A DNA stretch of 64,000 nucleotides from Cryomorphaceae bacterium (GCA_027483605.1 JAIXUE010000038.1:1479-65478), one strand, 5' to 3'; shown: positions 11,664 through 21,810, counted from the stretch's first letter. Translations and numbers: made by a program. Notes: a model not told the origin generated them from the letters alone.

Positions 11664-11793
11664 TAAATATTTGAAAATTAAACGAAACAAAAATTTATGG
11701 CAAATTTTGTGTAATTGCCTCTAAACATGACTCATTATTAAGAGAATATTTCTTAATTTGGCACACTAATCATGCACTATTAATAATTTTGAT

Positions 11794-14715
11794 ATGAATA
11801 AAAAGGTATATGTATTTGGTTCTCTGATAGTTGCTGGGGTTTTCGCCCTTGCATTCACTGCTTACCATTTCTTGCCCCAAACGGGACTTTATCGTCAGGC
11901 AGGTTTATCTATGATGAAAGAAGGTCGTGCAACAGACGCCATTTCATGGCTCAAGGCGCGCTACATCGATGTCAATACAGGTGAGCCCGTTTCTAATGAA
12001 ACACTTGCGAAAATTGAGCAAGAAATCCGTAAGATGGGAACGTCTAAATCCATTGTTTTTGAATCTTTGGGTCCAGATAACATCGGCGGACGCACACGCG
12101 CTATTTGCATTGACCGCACCAACATCAACCGTGTTTGGGCCGGTGGTGTATCTGGCGGTTTGTTTGTGTCCAACAACAAGGGTAATTTTTGGGAGCGTGT
12201 TTTGCCTTATGTAGAAGCAGGAGGAAACCCGTTCATTTCCAGCATGACCATGACACCAGACAACACTTTGTATGTCGCAACAGGTTCCAACGACGAAGGT
12301 TGGGGCGGTAACGGTGTGTGGTACTCCACAGATTTCGGCGCTACCTTTGCCAAAATTCCTGGCACCACTAATTGTACTGAAGTTGCTCACACAGAAGTAG
12401 ATAATTACATTTGGCTAGCCACTCCAACAGGTCTTAAAAAATGGAAAGTTGGCGATGCTTCACTCACGAGCGTTCCTGCCTCTGGAGGTGGCTGTTTCGC
12501 ACTTCAGGTCTCTGAAAATGGACAAGTAATCGTTGCTTCTTATGCGGCAAACAAAACGTTTGTTTCTACAGACGGAGGAAATACGTTTACAGACAAATCC
12601 GGATCTATCGCAAACAACCTCGTTCCAACAGGAGCAGCACGTATTGAGTACGCGATTTCACCAACCCTCAATGACAACGGTGCTTATTCCATCTATGCGG
12701 CGCGCACCAACTCAAACCTTCTTTCTATGCACGTTTCTCATGACAACGGGCAAACATGGAACCAATTTGTAGGTGCATCCGGACCGCCAAATGAATTTGA
12801 CATTTACCGCAATCAAGGAACATACAACAGCATCTTGTCTGTAGACCCTACCGACCCTGAGCGTCTGCTCATCGGAGGTATCGATGTTTGGGAATGGAAA
12901 CAAACTGTGAACAACCCGCCTTCTGGAGGTTTTGAAAAAATCTCACTTTGGTTTGTCAATCCAAGTTCACCTACTTATGTACATGCCGATAACCACGAAA
13001 TGAAATGGGATAACAACAATCGCTTTTATGTAGGTAACGATGGCGGTATTGGCATCTCCAACAATAAAGGAGCAACTTGGTTCCCTGCCAATCGTGGCTA
13101 CAACGTGACGCAGTTTTATGGTATTGCATTTGATGCAGGTGGTCGCGTCATTGGCGGAACACAAGACAACGGTACACTTTACAACGATTTTACGCTTTCT
13201 ACATACCATGAATTCCGTCAAGTGAATGGTGGTGATGGTTTTGAGTGTGAAATTTCTTTCTTCAATCCGAGTGTAATGTTCTCGTCCATCTATTATAACG
13301 GAATTTCACGTTCTGGAGACCGCGGAGTCAACTGGACCAACTTCAGTCCAAATCTTCCCGGTACCTATGATGCGCCAGGAACAGATGGTAGCTCTTTCCA
13401 TCCCTTCCACACAGAATTGTTCTTAGCTGAATACTTCGATCCAAATTCAAAAGACTCTGTGACCTTCATTCCTAAGAAAAACTATGCTGCTGGTGCTCAG
13501 CTTCGCATTCCTTCATTAGCTTCTGGTGACACCATTACCATTTCCACGCCAACGGCATTGTATTTTGACGATACCCTCTATTATGATCCTTCACTTACAG
13601 CAGGTGGTATCAATTACGGCATCAATAATGCAACTGGCGAAACAGTAGAAATGGGTTCAGATACAGTGATCTTCAACGTTTCTTGGGACACCCTTCGCGT
13701 TGCAGATCCGTTTCAATCTTGGTTCTTTGTCTATGTCAATGCAAATGGCGGAGAGCTCTGGGGCACACGAAACGCAGCTCGTTTCTCTGTAACCAACCCA
13801 GGTTGGTTGTGTGTAGCAAAAGGTATCGGAGGCGGTTTATTCAACTCTGTCGATGTTGAATTTTCTCGCGACCTGAACCACTGCTACATCAGTGCAGGCA
13901 ATGGCGTTTGGCGCCTAGACGGTCTCGGTGACATCTACACCAGCGATCCAAACTTTGCCTCAAAAGCAGGTTATGTGACGCAGGGTGCAACAACAACCCC
14001 GCCGTCTGCCACAACCCTGACCAAAATCACCAATTCTTCATATGAAGGTATAGCGATCAATCGCAATAATGAAAACGATTTAGTATGCTTTGCAGGGTTC
14101 AACGGAACCAACAAACGCACCAACAACGCTACCGCTGCTTCACCTACCTTCACTAACCTGGGTACAATCGTTTCAGGAATCGCTACTTACGATGGCATCA
14201 TTGACCGCAATGATCCAGACATCTTGGTTGTCGGTACTTCCAATGGTGCATGGATTTCTGAAAACGGAGGAGCCACATGGGAGAACGCTTCTACAGGTTT
14301 TGAAGGCACACCAGTTTATGAAGTATTGCAAAACTGGCGTTCATTTGACGAAGGTAATGGTCGTCCGGGTGAAATCTATTTAGGAACTTTTGGTCGTGGT
14401 ATCTGGAGAACAACTCAATACCTCAGCACAAACAACAACACGAATACGCCAAGTGGTCAATTCAAAACCAAGTTGCGTACTTATCCCAATCCAACCAAAG
14501 ACAATACTACATTGGTATTCGAATTGGCTCAAAGTGGTAAGGTAGAAGTTCAAGTATACAGCATCACCGGTCGTTTGGTTTGGTCTAAAAACCTTCAAAT
14601 GGCAGATGGTACACAAGAACTCAGCATAGATAGCGCTGATCTACCTGCAGGTACTTACATTGTTAAATTCAGTGCAGGAAGACAAACTGATACAGCCAAG
14701 TTCATCAAAATGTAA
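11794..14715 (+). CDS. large secreted BNR/sortilin-like beta-propeller protein with T9SS type-A C-terminal sorting domain
   Basis: 973 aa with an N-terminal signal anchor. Repeated S-x-D-x-G-x-T-W/F motifs (STDFGATF, SHDNGQTW, SENGGATW). The C-terminus YPNPTKDNTTLVFEL...GTYIVKF is a typical Por sorting domain. Confidence 0.75.
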   Translation: MNKKVYVFGSLIVAGVFALAFTAYHFLPQTGLYRQAGLSMMKEGRATDAISWLKARYIDVNTGEPVSNETLAKIEQEIRKMGTSKSIVFESLGPDNIGGRTRAICIDRTNINRVWAGGVSGGLFVSNNKGNFWERVLPYVEAGGNPFISSMTMTPDNTLYVATGSNDEGWGGNGVWYSTDFGATFAKIPGTTNCTEVAHTEVDNYIWLATPTGLKKWKVGDASLTSVPASGGGCFALQVSENGQVIVASYAANKTFVSTDGGNTFTDKSGSIANNLVPTGAARIEYAISPTLNDNGAYSIYAARTNSNLLSMHVSHDNGQTWNQFVGASGPPNEFDIYRNQGTYNSILSVDPTDPERLLIGGIDVWEWKQTVNNPPSGGFEKISLWFVNPSSPTYVHADNHEMKWDNNNRFYVGNDGGIGISNNKGATWFPANRGYNVTQFYGIAFDAGGRVIGGTQDNGTLYNDFTLSTYHEFRQVNGGDGFECEISFFNPSVMFSSIYYNGISRSGDRGVNWTNFSPNLPGTYDAPGTDGSSFHPFHTELFLAEYFDPNSKDSVTFIPKKNYAAGAQLRIPSLASGDTITISTPTALYFDDTLYYDPSLTAGGINYGINNATGETVEMGSDTVIFNVSWDTLRVADPFQSWFFVYVNANGGELWGTRNAARFSVTNPGWLCVAKGIGGGLFNSVDVEFSRDLNHCYISAGNGVWRLDGLGDIYTSDPNFASKAGYVTQGATTTPPSATTLTKITNSSYEGIAINRNNENDLVCFAGFNGTNKRTNNATAASPTFTNLGTIVSGIATYDGIIDRNDPDILVVGTSNGAWISENGGATWENASTGFEGTPVYEVLQNWRSFDEGNGRPGEIYLGTFGRGIWRTTQYLSTNNNTNTPSGQFKTKLRTYPNPTKDNTTLVFELAQSGKVEVQVYSITGRLVWSKNLQMADGTQELSIDSADLPAGTYIVKFSAGRQTDTAKFIKM

Positions 14716-14734
14716 TCCCTGTTACAATACATTG

Positions 14735-14764
14735 AAAAAGGAGACTTCGGTCTCCTTTTTTTTT
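14735..14764 (+). terminator. rho-independent terminator after the T9SS cargo gene
   Basis: GGAGAC-TTCG-GTCTCC hairpin (14740-14755) followed by a 9-nt T run. Confidence 0.7.
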
Positions 14765-14801
14765 GCTTTTTTTTGTAGGAGGCACTCAAAAGGCTTTTTT
14801 G

Positions 14802-14809
14802 TACATTTG
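14802..14809 (+). promoter_or_regulatory. candidate Bacteroidota -7 promoter box (TAnnTTTG)
   Basis: TACATTTG lies 18 nt upstream of the crp/fnr-family ATG. This is motif-only evidence. Confidence 0.3.
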
Positions 14810-14826
14810 AAAAGCAATAAGATCTT

Positions 14827-15516
14827 ATGCTCGATAAATCACACAAACATGTCACCTGCCAAACCTGTACAGGTCGCCAAAATTCTTTATTGAATCATTT
14901 TTGTTCAGATGAACTCGATCACCTCAATTCTCATCGTACTTGTAACTACTACAAAAAACAACAGGCGGTTTTTTTAGAGGGTTCTTTTCCACGTGGTGTT
15001 TTTTGCATCAATCAAGGGATGGTGAAGATTTTCAAGCGCGGCGACGAAGGAAAGGAACAAATTATCCATATTGCCAAGTCAGGCGAAATGGTTGGCTTTA
15101 GGGCAATGTTCACAGAAGAACCTTACAAAGTGGGGGCTGAGGCCTTAGAAGAATCCAATATTTGCTTTATCAGTAGAGAAGATTTCCTCAACCTCATGGA
15201 TGTAAATCCAGTATTGCGCAACGGTATCATTAAAGAACTTTCCAAAGAACTCGCTGACCGCGCCGACTTTATCACCAATATGGCTCAAAAGTCTGTTAGA
15301 GAGCGCTTGGCCTTTGCCATGCTTATACTGATGGATGTCTTCGATCCAAAACCTATTAATTTAAGTCGAGAAGACCTCGCAAATTTTGTTGGTACCGCAA
15401 CCGAGACACTCATTCGCTTATTGAAAGATTTCAAGGAGGAAAGAATAATAGAGGTGCAAACACGCAAAATTTTAGTTTTAGACCGGCAGCGCTTACTTCA
15501 AATTGCAGGCAAATAA
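14827..15516 (+). CDS. Crp/Fnr family transcriptional regulator
   Basis: 229 aa with a cNMP-binding beta-roll and a C-terminal HTH (REDLANFVGTATETLIRLLKDF). N-terminal cysteine cluster CxxC-x11-C-x12-C. Confidence 0.85.
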   Translation: MLDKSHKHVTCQTCTGRQNSLLNHFCSDELDHLNSHRTCNYYKKQQAVFLEGSFPRGVFCINQGMVKIFKRGDEGKEQIIHIAKSGEMVGFRAMFTEEPYKVGAEALEESNICFISREDFLNLMDVNPVLRNGIIKELSKELADRADFITNMAQKSVRERLAFAMLILMDVFDPKPINLSREDLANFVGTATETLIRLLKDFKEERIIEVQTRKILVLDRQRLLQIAGK

Positions 15517-16074
15517 CTAGCCGAGCACTAGGTTTGCAAAGTTAGCCAATAACACATGGCCAAAATTTCCGGATACCTCCGGATGAAATTGCAGGCCATA
15601 TATTGGATTGTCACGGTGTTTCATGGCCTCGTTGATACAAGCGTCTGAACAAGCAAGTAAATCAAAGCCATGCGGCACTGAAATGTGTTCGCAGTGGTCT
15701 TCTTGCATTTCAAAAATATCAGGAAGTCTTTCAAATAAAATATCGTCTTTGACGACTTCAATTTCTTGTAAAGTACGATCTTCTCGCATTTTTGAAACGC
15801 GCGCACCGTGTATCAGTCCAATCAGTTGATGCCCAAAACAAATACCTAGTAGTGGTTTAGCATAATGTTTGATCCAAGAAAGATGTTTTAAATAAGGAGT
15901 AGGGTCAATTTCGGTCAGTAGAATCGGGGCTCCAGAGATCACTACACCAGCAAATGCATCAAGTTGCTCAGCCTTGAAATCCATGATACCGATGACTTGG
16001 ACATCGATATATTCTTCTAGCTGCTCGGCTATTTGTAGCGTTTTTGTACTACCGCAGTCAATGAGTGCAATCAT
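15517..16074 (-). CDS. class I glutamine amidotransferase-like protein
   Basis: 185 aa. Nucleophile elbow GICFGHQL and HPE near the C-terminus. Confidence 0.75.
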   Translation of the reverse strand: MIALIDCGSTKTLQIAEQLEEYIDVQVIGIMDFKAEQLDAFAGVVISGAPILLTEIDPTPYLKHLSWIKHYAKPLLGICFGHQLIGLIHGARVSKMREDRTLQEIEVVKDDILFERLPDIFEMQEDHCEHISVPHGFDLLACSDACINEAMKHRDNPIYGLQFHPEVSGNFGHVLLANFANLVLG

Positions 16075-17189
16075 GAAGTTTTTTTGTGAAAGATACAGCT
16101 AATGGCACGGTGGTCGCTGCGGGTTTGTTTTTGAATTCTAAACGCAGACGCATTGAGTAAAGGGCTGTAAAAAAGATAGTCGATGCGTCCAGCGGGTAAA
16201 CGGCCAACATATGTTGTTCCCAATCCTTTGCCACTACCGCTAAATGCATCGAGTAGCGCCAATTGAAATTGGTTGTAGGTGTAAGACATGGGTGTGTCGT
16301 TGAAATCTCCACAAACAATGACCGGATAGGGCGAAGTTTTGAGGTGTTCGACAACTCTTCTGGCTTGTTCTGCGCGTTTTTCAAAAGCACTTCGCAATTT
16401 GCGATATACTGCAATGGCTCCTTTTTTACTGCCATAGGTTTGCACTTCTTCTCCTTCAATATGCGGGTCTGTGTGCAGTCGTATAGATTGTAAATGTACG
16501 TTATACACGCGGAAGGTATCTAGGCCCTTCACAATATCGGCAAAGATGCAATAATTAAAATCTTGCACACCCTGTGTCTCAAACATGACATCGCCGCGTG
16601 CAATCATGGGGTATTTTGAAAACATAGCGATACCGTAGTTTTCACGGGTACGGCGCTTGTGTGCACTGCGCTCATGGTAATCGCGGGTTTTCATGAGTAA
16701 ATTGAGTGAGTCCATGACCTCAAAATCGGTAGGTTTGTCTTGTCTATAAAATTCTTGTAAACAAAGCAGGTCAGGCTCTTCGCTACGGATAAAATCAAAA
16801 ATTTGATTTCTCGAATTCAGCGCTTCGCCAAACGAAGGATTGAATAAGTCAAAAAGCCGCACATTGTAGCTAAGTACTTTGAGTCCTGTTTCTTGTTTGT
16901 AGGCTGATGCGCTGGGGGTTAAGGAAAAATTTCGAAAGTGAAGTTTGCCGCCAATCAATAAAACCACAAGGCAGTAAATGGCCCATTTGGATCGTAAAAC
17001 GGACCAAAGTATCAACCAAATCAGGGTAAAAGCCACAAAAATAGGGTAACTGAGTCCAAAAAAGGGCAGAGATGGAATCGTAGATGGATGAATATACGGT
17101 GCAAGATAACTCAATAGCAAGCCAACGAGACTCAGTGCAGTGGCCATTTTAAATGGGCTAGATAACAATTGAAAGCGCTTTTTAGACAT
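16071..17189 (-). CDS. endonuclease/exonuclease/phosphatase (EEP) family membrane protein
   Basis: Three N-terminal TM helices followed by an EEP core (LKVLSYNV, LCLQE, VCGDFND, SDHRAI). Confidence 0.75.
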   Translation of the reverse strand: MSKKRFQLLSSPFKMATALSLVGLLLSYLAPYIHPSTIPSLPFFGLSYPIFVAFTLIWLILWSVLRSKWAIYCLVVLLIGGKLHFRNFSLTPSASAYKQETGLKVLSYNVRLFDLFNPSFGEALNSRNQIFDFIRSEEPDLLCLQEFYRQDKPTDFEVMDSLNLLMKTRDYHERSAHKRRTRENYGIAMFSKYPMIARGDVMFETQGVQDFNYCIFADIVKGLDTFRVYNVHLQSIRLHTDPHIEGEEVQTYGSKKGAIAVYRKLRSAFEKRAEQARRVVEHLKTSPYPVIVCGDFNDTPMSYTYNQFQLALLDAFSGSGKGLGTTYVGRLPAGRIDYLFYSPLLNASAFRIQKQTRSDHRAISCIFHKKTS

Positions 17190-18063
17190 CTTTGCTTTGT
17201 TGGAATAAAAAGTCTTTTTCTGCTTTGCTCAAGGCATCATAGCCTTTTTTTGAGATCTTATCGAGGATGGCATCGAGTTGGGCTTGTCTTGCTTGTTTCT
17301 GGGCCATGAATTGATCGTCTGTCAGTGGACGACCACCTTTTTTCACTTTTAGATGACTCTTTTTTTGCCTAAGTTGAATACCAATCCATGGTCTTGAAAG
17401 GCGAATGTGCCAAAATTGTTGGATACTCCAAATGCCAAATAGGGCTCCGCCAATATGGGCAAAATGCGCAATTTGATCGGCGGTGCCAAGAGAAGAAAGG
17501 TCTTTTAAAAAGAAAAAGAGGGCGAGCATATAAATGCGCAACGGGAAGATACCAAAAAGTTGCACTTGCAGTTGGGGTTGCGAAAATGCCAGCGCCATAA
17601 ATATGGCCATAATAGAACCAGATGCACCCACAACAGAAAAGCTACTGCCTTGAAGCGCAGGGAATAATTGCTGTGCCAATATTTCGCTTAGATTTCCTGC
17701 AAACCCACCTATGATATACAAATGCAACAGGCGTTTGGCGCCAAAAAATCGTTCGTATGTAGAACCTGCAAAATACAGAAACAAGAGGTTGCTGATCAGG
17801 TGTAAAAAACCAAAATGAGCAAACAAAGAAGTGAGGATTGTCCAGGGTTTGTAGAGGATTTCTAAGTGCCAAACAGGCAATGCAAATAAATATTGACTAA
17901 TAAATCCTTGAGGCAAACCTTCAGAAAGGCTCCAAATTTGGAGTCTTTCAAGCGCATTGATCAGTTGTATCACTGCGAAGACACTGACATTGACGATCAA
18001 AAGCTTGATGGTCATGCTACCCCCTCTATACTGGGCTTTTATTTGTTCAATCAAAGGATTCAT
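17182..18063 (-). CDS. rhomboid family intramembrane serine protease
   Basis: GASGSI catalytic Ser motif and HIGGALFG His motif. The likely start MNPLIEQIK at 18063 makes a TGATG junction with the upstream rhomboid. The track ORF extends to 18096. Confidence 0.8.
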   Translation of the reverse strand: MNPLIEQIKAQYRGGSMTIKLLIVNVSVFAVIQLINALERLQIWSLSEGLPQGFISQYLFALPVWHLEILYKPWTILTSLFAHFGFLHLISNLLFLYFAGSTYERFFGAKRLLHLYIIGGFAGNLSEILAQQLFPALQGSSFSVVGASGSIMAIFMALAFSQPQLQVQLFGIFPLRIYMLALFFFLKDLSSLGTADQIAHFAHIGGALFGIWSIQQFWHIRLSRPWIGIQLRQKKSHLKVKKGGRPLTDDQFMAQKQARQAQLDAILDKISKKGYDALSKAEKDFLFQQSKDV

Positions 18064-18836
18064 CACCAGAAGTTTGAACGGTCTTTTTTGCGCCAAACCA
18101 AGACGAGTATGGCTCCGGCAACAGCGCCTCCGATGTGGGCGAGGTGCGCTACGTTGTCACCGGCTTGGTGCTGAAATGAAAGATACAATTCCCATAAAAA
18201 GTAAGCGGAAACAAGATACTTTGCTTTTACAGGTATGAAAAAATACAGCCTGAATTCTGTATTGGGAAACAAAATAGCAAAGGCCGTCATGATGCCAAAG
18301 ACACCGCCAGATGCCCCCACCATTGGGGTAATTGATTTTTGAAGGTAGTTCTCCAAAATGGGTGTGACTCGGATTTGGTTGTCAGAGAGGTAGGTATTGA
18401 TTTGCCCTACTAAATCGCCATTGAGATTGACACTGTGTTTGAGGTAGAAGTCGAGTTGTTCGATGTCAAATTGCTTTGCTAGCATTGATTTGAGCTGCAT
18501 GATTTCTATAAAGCCAATCATGTTGAGTGCAAAAGAACCCATAGCACTTACGAGGTAAAAAATGAAAAAGCGCTTTGCTCCCCATATATTTTCTAGGTAG
18601 GCCCCGAGCATTACAAATAGCCACATATTGAAAAAGATATGCAGTAAATTAGTGGTATCGTGCATGAAAAAATGCGTAACTACCTGGTATGGATCGAAAA
18701 ATGGCGAGTTAATGTAGTGTGCACCCAACGTCATTTCAAGGTCTATGCCTTTGCTTTTTAGGATCAAACTTGCCACAAAGAAGGCAATGTTGAGTAGCAA
18801 AATATTTTTAGTGACTTGTGGAAGGTTCTGAAACAT
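18063..18836 (-). CDS. rhomboid family intramembrane serine protease
   Basis: GASGGVFG and HIGGAVAG motifs, about 6 TM helices. Confidence 0.85.
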   Translation of the reverse strand: MFQNLPQVTKNILLLNIAFFVASLILKSKGIDLEMTLGAHYINSPFFDPYQVVTHFFMHDTTNLLHIFFNMWLFVMLGAYLENIWGAKRFFIFYLVSAMGSFALNMIGFIEIMQLKSMLAKQFDIEQLDFYLKHSVNLNGDLVGQINTYLSDNQIRVTPILENYLQKSITPMVGASGGVFGIMTAFAILFPNTEFRLYFFIPVKAKYLVSAYFLWELYLSFQHQAGDNVAHLAHIGGAVAGAILVLVWRKKDRSNFW

Positions 18837-18838
18837 AA

Positions 18839-20662
18839 TTAGAGTTTTTTAGCCAGTTCATCAAAGCCCAGGGTGAACATAATTGGTTTACCATTAGGGG
18901 TTGTGGTGTGTTGCGGACACTGAAAAAGTGTGTCGATAAAATGCTCTACTTCTTGGTGGTGCTGAAGCCTGAAGTTTTTCGATCCAAGGTCTGCGAGTTT
19001 AGCCACAATAAAATGTGCTACATCTCCACTTTCAATGTCAGTATAGGTAGCCGCATCGGTGAGTTCATCCAAACAGTTTTCGAGTTCTAAGAAAGAGAGC
19101 AGTGCAGGAACAGCCAAAATTTGAAGTTGGTCGTCTTCGAGCTCAAAGGCAAAACCCAACTGAGACCAAAGGCTTTTTTGCCCTTGCCAAGTGAGTTTGG
19201 CTTCTTTTGTCAAACTTCTTTCAAGCGGAAAGAGCAGTTGTTGAGAGGCCAGGGGCTGTGATACAAAATGTTGGATGAGCTCATCGAAAAGCATTCTGTT
19301 TTTTGCGCGTCTGATATCGATGATCATGAAGCCCGACTTGGTGGGGCTTACGAGGTATTTGTTATGGAGTAGAAACTGCTTGGCGGCAGTATCTACTTCA
19401 AAAAACTGTTGGTTTTCGGTAGGCGACTGCTCTTCTATTTGATAAAATTGTTGCCAATCTTCAGGACTTGGCGGGGTGCTGCCAAAACCCTCTTGCTGCA
19501 GTGCTGCGCTATAGTTTTTTATGCCGCCACTGCTTGAAGTCTTTTGGTGTACAGTGCTTTGAAAAGGGTTGTAAGAAGGATTGACTAAAATTTGAGGAGC
19601 CACAGGGTCTGATTTCCTGAGCTCCGATGGCACTTCAAAAGCACTTTCTGCATCGAAGTCTAGCGTAGGGAAGATGTTGTGTTTGCCCAAAGCCTGGCGA
19701 ACGCTACTGAGAATAATGGAGTAAATAAACCGGTCTTCCTCGAATTTGATTTCGGTTTTGGTTGGGTGGATATTGACATCGATTTTATGCGGATCTACTT
19801 CCAAAAAGATGCAATAGCTCGCGTGGTGTTTTTCGCTGATCATGCCGTCGTAGGCTTTGGTAATGGCATGATGAAAGTAAGGGTCTTTGAAAAAACGATC
19901 GTTGACAAATAAATACTGCTCGCCCCTGCTTTTTTTGGCCATTTCGGGTTTGCCTACATAGCCACTGACGCGCACGATATCGGTTTGTTCTTCTATCGGA
20001 ACAAGTTTTTCATTGCTTCCCTTGCCAAAAATGGCTGCAATGCGCATGCGGCTATTGCCAGCGCTTAATTGCAGGATATCTTGCCCGTTGTGCTGAAAAC
20101 CAAACTGCAATTCGGGATGAGCCAGCGCTACGCGTTCAAATTCGGTTTGGATATGACCGAGCTCGATGGCATCGCTCTTCAAGAAATTGCGCCGAGCAGG
20201 TACATTGTAAAAAAGGTTTTTAACTTCAAAAGAAGCGCCTTGCTGACAAATTACTTCTTGCTTGTTTTTGATTTGATTGCCTTCTATATCGATTTGCACA
20301 CCCGTATTTTGGTTGGCTTGTTGGGTTTTGAGGCTAACGTGTGCAATGGCAGCAATAGAGGCGAGTGCTTCTCCTCTGAAGCCTTTGGTTTGTAGCGCAA
20401 AAAGATCAGCAGCGCTTTGAAGTTTACTAGTGGCGTGGCGCAGAAAACACTTTTCAGCGTCTTGAGCATCCATGCCCTTGCCGTTGTCTAGCACCTGAAT
20501 GAGTGTTTTGCCGGCGTCTTTAACGATCAATTGAATTTGTGTAGCGCCAGCATCTACGGCATTTTCTAGTAATTCCTTTACGACCGAAGCGGGTCTTTGA
20601 ATGACCTCTCCGGCTGCAATTTGATTAGCGATATGATCGGGCAGTAAGTTGATGATGCTCAT
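18839..20662 (-). CDS. mutL: DNA mismatch repair protein MutL
   Basis: 607 aa. GHKL ATPase N-terminus IINLLPDHIANQIAAGEVIQRPASVVKELLENAVDAGA. Confidence 0.95.
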   Translation of the reverse strand: MSIINLLPDHIANQIAAGEVIQRPASVVKELLENAVDAGATQIQLIVKDAGKTLIQVLDNGKGMDAQDAEKCFLRHATSKLQSAADLFALQTKGFRGEALASIAAIAHVSLKTQQANQNTGVQIDIEGNQIKNKQEVICQQGASFEVKNLFYNVPARRNFLKSDAIELGHIQTEFERVALAHPELQFGFQHNGQDILQLSAGNSRMRIAAIFGKGSNEKLVPIEEQTDIVRVSGYVGKPEMAKKSRGEQYLFVNDRFFKDPYFHHAITKAYDGMISEKHHASYCIFLEVDPHKIDVNIHPTKTEIKFEEDRFIYSIILSSVRQALGKHNIFPTLDFDAESAFEVPSELRKSDPVAPQILVNPSYNPFQSTVHQKTSSSGGIKNYSAALQQEGFGSTPPSPEDWQQFYQIEEQSPTENQQFFEVDTAAKQFLLHNKYLVSPTKSGFMIIDIRRAKNRMLFDELIQHFVSQPLASQQLLFPLERSLTKEAKLTWQGQKSLWSQLGFAFELEDDQLQILAVPALLSFLELENCLDELTDAATYTDIESGDVAHFIVAKLADLGSKNFRLQHHQEVEHFIDTLFQCPQHTTTPNGKPIMFTLGFDELAKKL

Positions 20663-20721
20663 GCGGGCTCACGTTGGTTCGTGCTGAACAAATGTAAGCA
20701 ATTCCGCCGAGTTGAGAGGGG

Positions 20722-21810
20722 CTAAATCCGAACGATTGTACCCGTGTATGTCGATTTTTCTCCCGGAAGCGTTTCTTGCAAAACTACTTTCCAAATATAT
20801 GCTTTGTTCGCAGGAACCATTTGCCCAGTGCGTTGGTCAGTACCATCCCATGCATTTTGAGCATCCGAACTTTTAAAGACCACTGCGCCGTTGTCAGGGT
20901 CGATGACAACCAAATAAAATCGGACATCTCGGATGGTGAGGGCATAAGGCATGAAAGTCGCATTGCGCTCGTCTCTGGATTGTGGATTAAAGGCATTGAC
21001 AGCAAGTAAGTTGTAGTCTTCGTTGGCAGTGATTTTGATGGTTTCAGTGCTCTTGCAGCCATCTAGCTGGCCTTCAGCAGTAATGGTATAAGTTTGTCCT
21101 TTGAATGCCAAAAGGTCAAAGCTCTTGTTCTTTCTATTGATAACCGAACCATTTACATTCCAGGTGAGGTCGCTCGCCACTGTTTCGCCAGTAATGTGAA
21201 TTCGTGGCGTACCATCTTCGTAATTGATGGCGTCGGCATCGAGCATGATTTTAGGGCCTTGGCAATTGCCTGGTATTGTTGAGGTTGGCGCATTGTTTTG
21301 CCCCATTTGAACCTGTGTAGTTTGGTTTATAATCGGCAGAGGTAAAGGGGTGGTAATGGCATTGATTTCGGATAGTGTACTGAGCGTGCTGCGCTCCATT
21401 TCAGAAGTCGTTAAATCGATGTAAGGTGCCGGAAAAGAACAACTAATGAGCTGAGCTGTTGTTGCATCTGGTTGGCTAAATAAGGTTGGTTTACCAACTT
21501 GTTGCTTACTTTTTGTCGGAGTTTGAGCAGCTAAAGTTGGCGAATTGCTTTTAACCTTTTTCGGAGTGCTTATTGCCTTTTGGGAGGCCGTATTTTTGGC
21601 CGGTTTTTGGTTTTCGCTCGAGAGGCTAGACCATCCAATAATACCCACAACAACTGCAAGCATGCTCGCCATGCCGATTTTACCTAACCAAGAAATACCC
21701 GGCTTGGCTTTCGGTAGCTTTTTGGACAACGCGTCCCAGGCTTTGGGGTCGTAGTCGTAGGAGAAGTCTTCTACGAGTGACTTTATTTTGGATTCAAATG
21801 GATCTTTCAT
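20722..21810 (-). CDS. sigma-coupled single-pass membrane protein with T9SS type-B (CHU_C-like) C-terminal domain
   Basis: ATGA overlap with the upstream ECF sigma. About 45 aa cytoplasmic head, TM segment (MASMLAVVVGIIGW), Pro/Thr/Ser linker. The C-terminus NAFNPQSRDERNATFMP...WDGTD...YIWKVVL...GTIVRI fits the gliding-motility C-terminal domain pattern. Confidence 0.6.
   Translation of the reverse strand: MKDPFESKIKSLVEDFSYDYDPKAWDALSKKLPKAKPGISWLGKIGMASMLAVVVGIIGWSSLSSENQKPAKNTASQKAISTPKKVKSNSPTLAAQTPTKSKQQVGKPTLFSQPDATTAQLISCSFPAPYIDLTTSEMERSTLSTLSEINAITTPLPLPIINQTTQVQMGQNNAPTSTIPGNCQGPKIMLDADAINYEDGTPRIHITGETVASDLTWNVNGSVINRKNKSFDLLAFKGQTYTITAEGQLDGCKSTETIKITANEDYNLLAVNAFNPQSRDERNATFMPYALTIRDVRFYLVVIDPDNGAVVFKSSDAQNAWDGTDQRTGQMVPANKAYIWKVVLQETLPGEKSTYTGTIVRI

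Noticed and set aside
11759-11776. Sigma-54-like TGGCAC ... TGCA upstream of the T9SS cargo gene.
   Set aside because: GG and GC are separated by 12 nt instead of the required 10. The -12 element is TGCA preceded by CA rather than TTGC.
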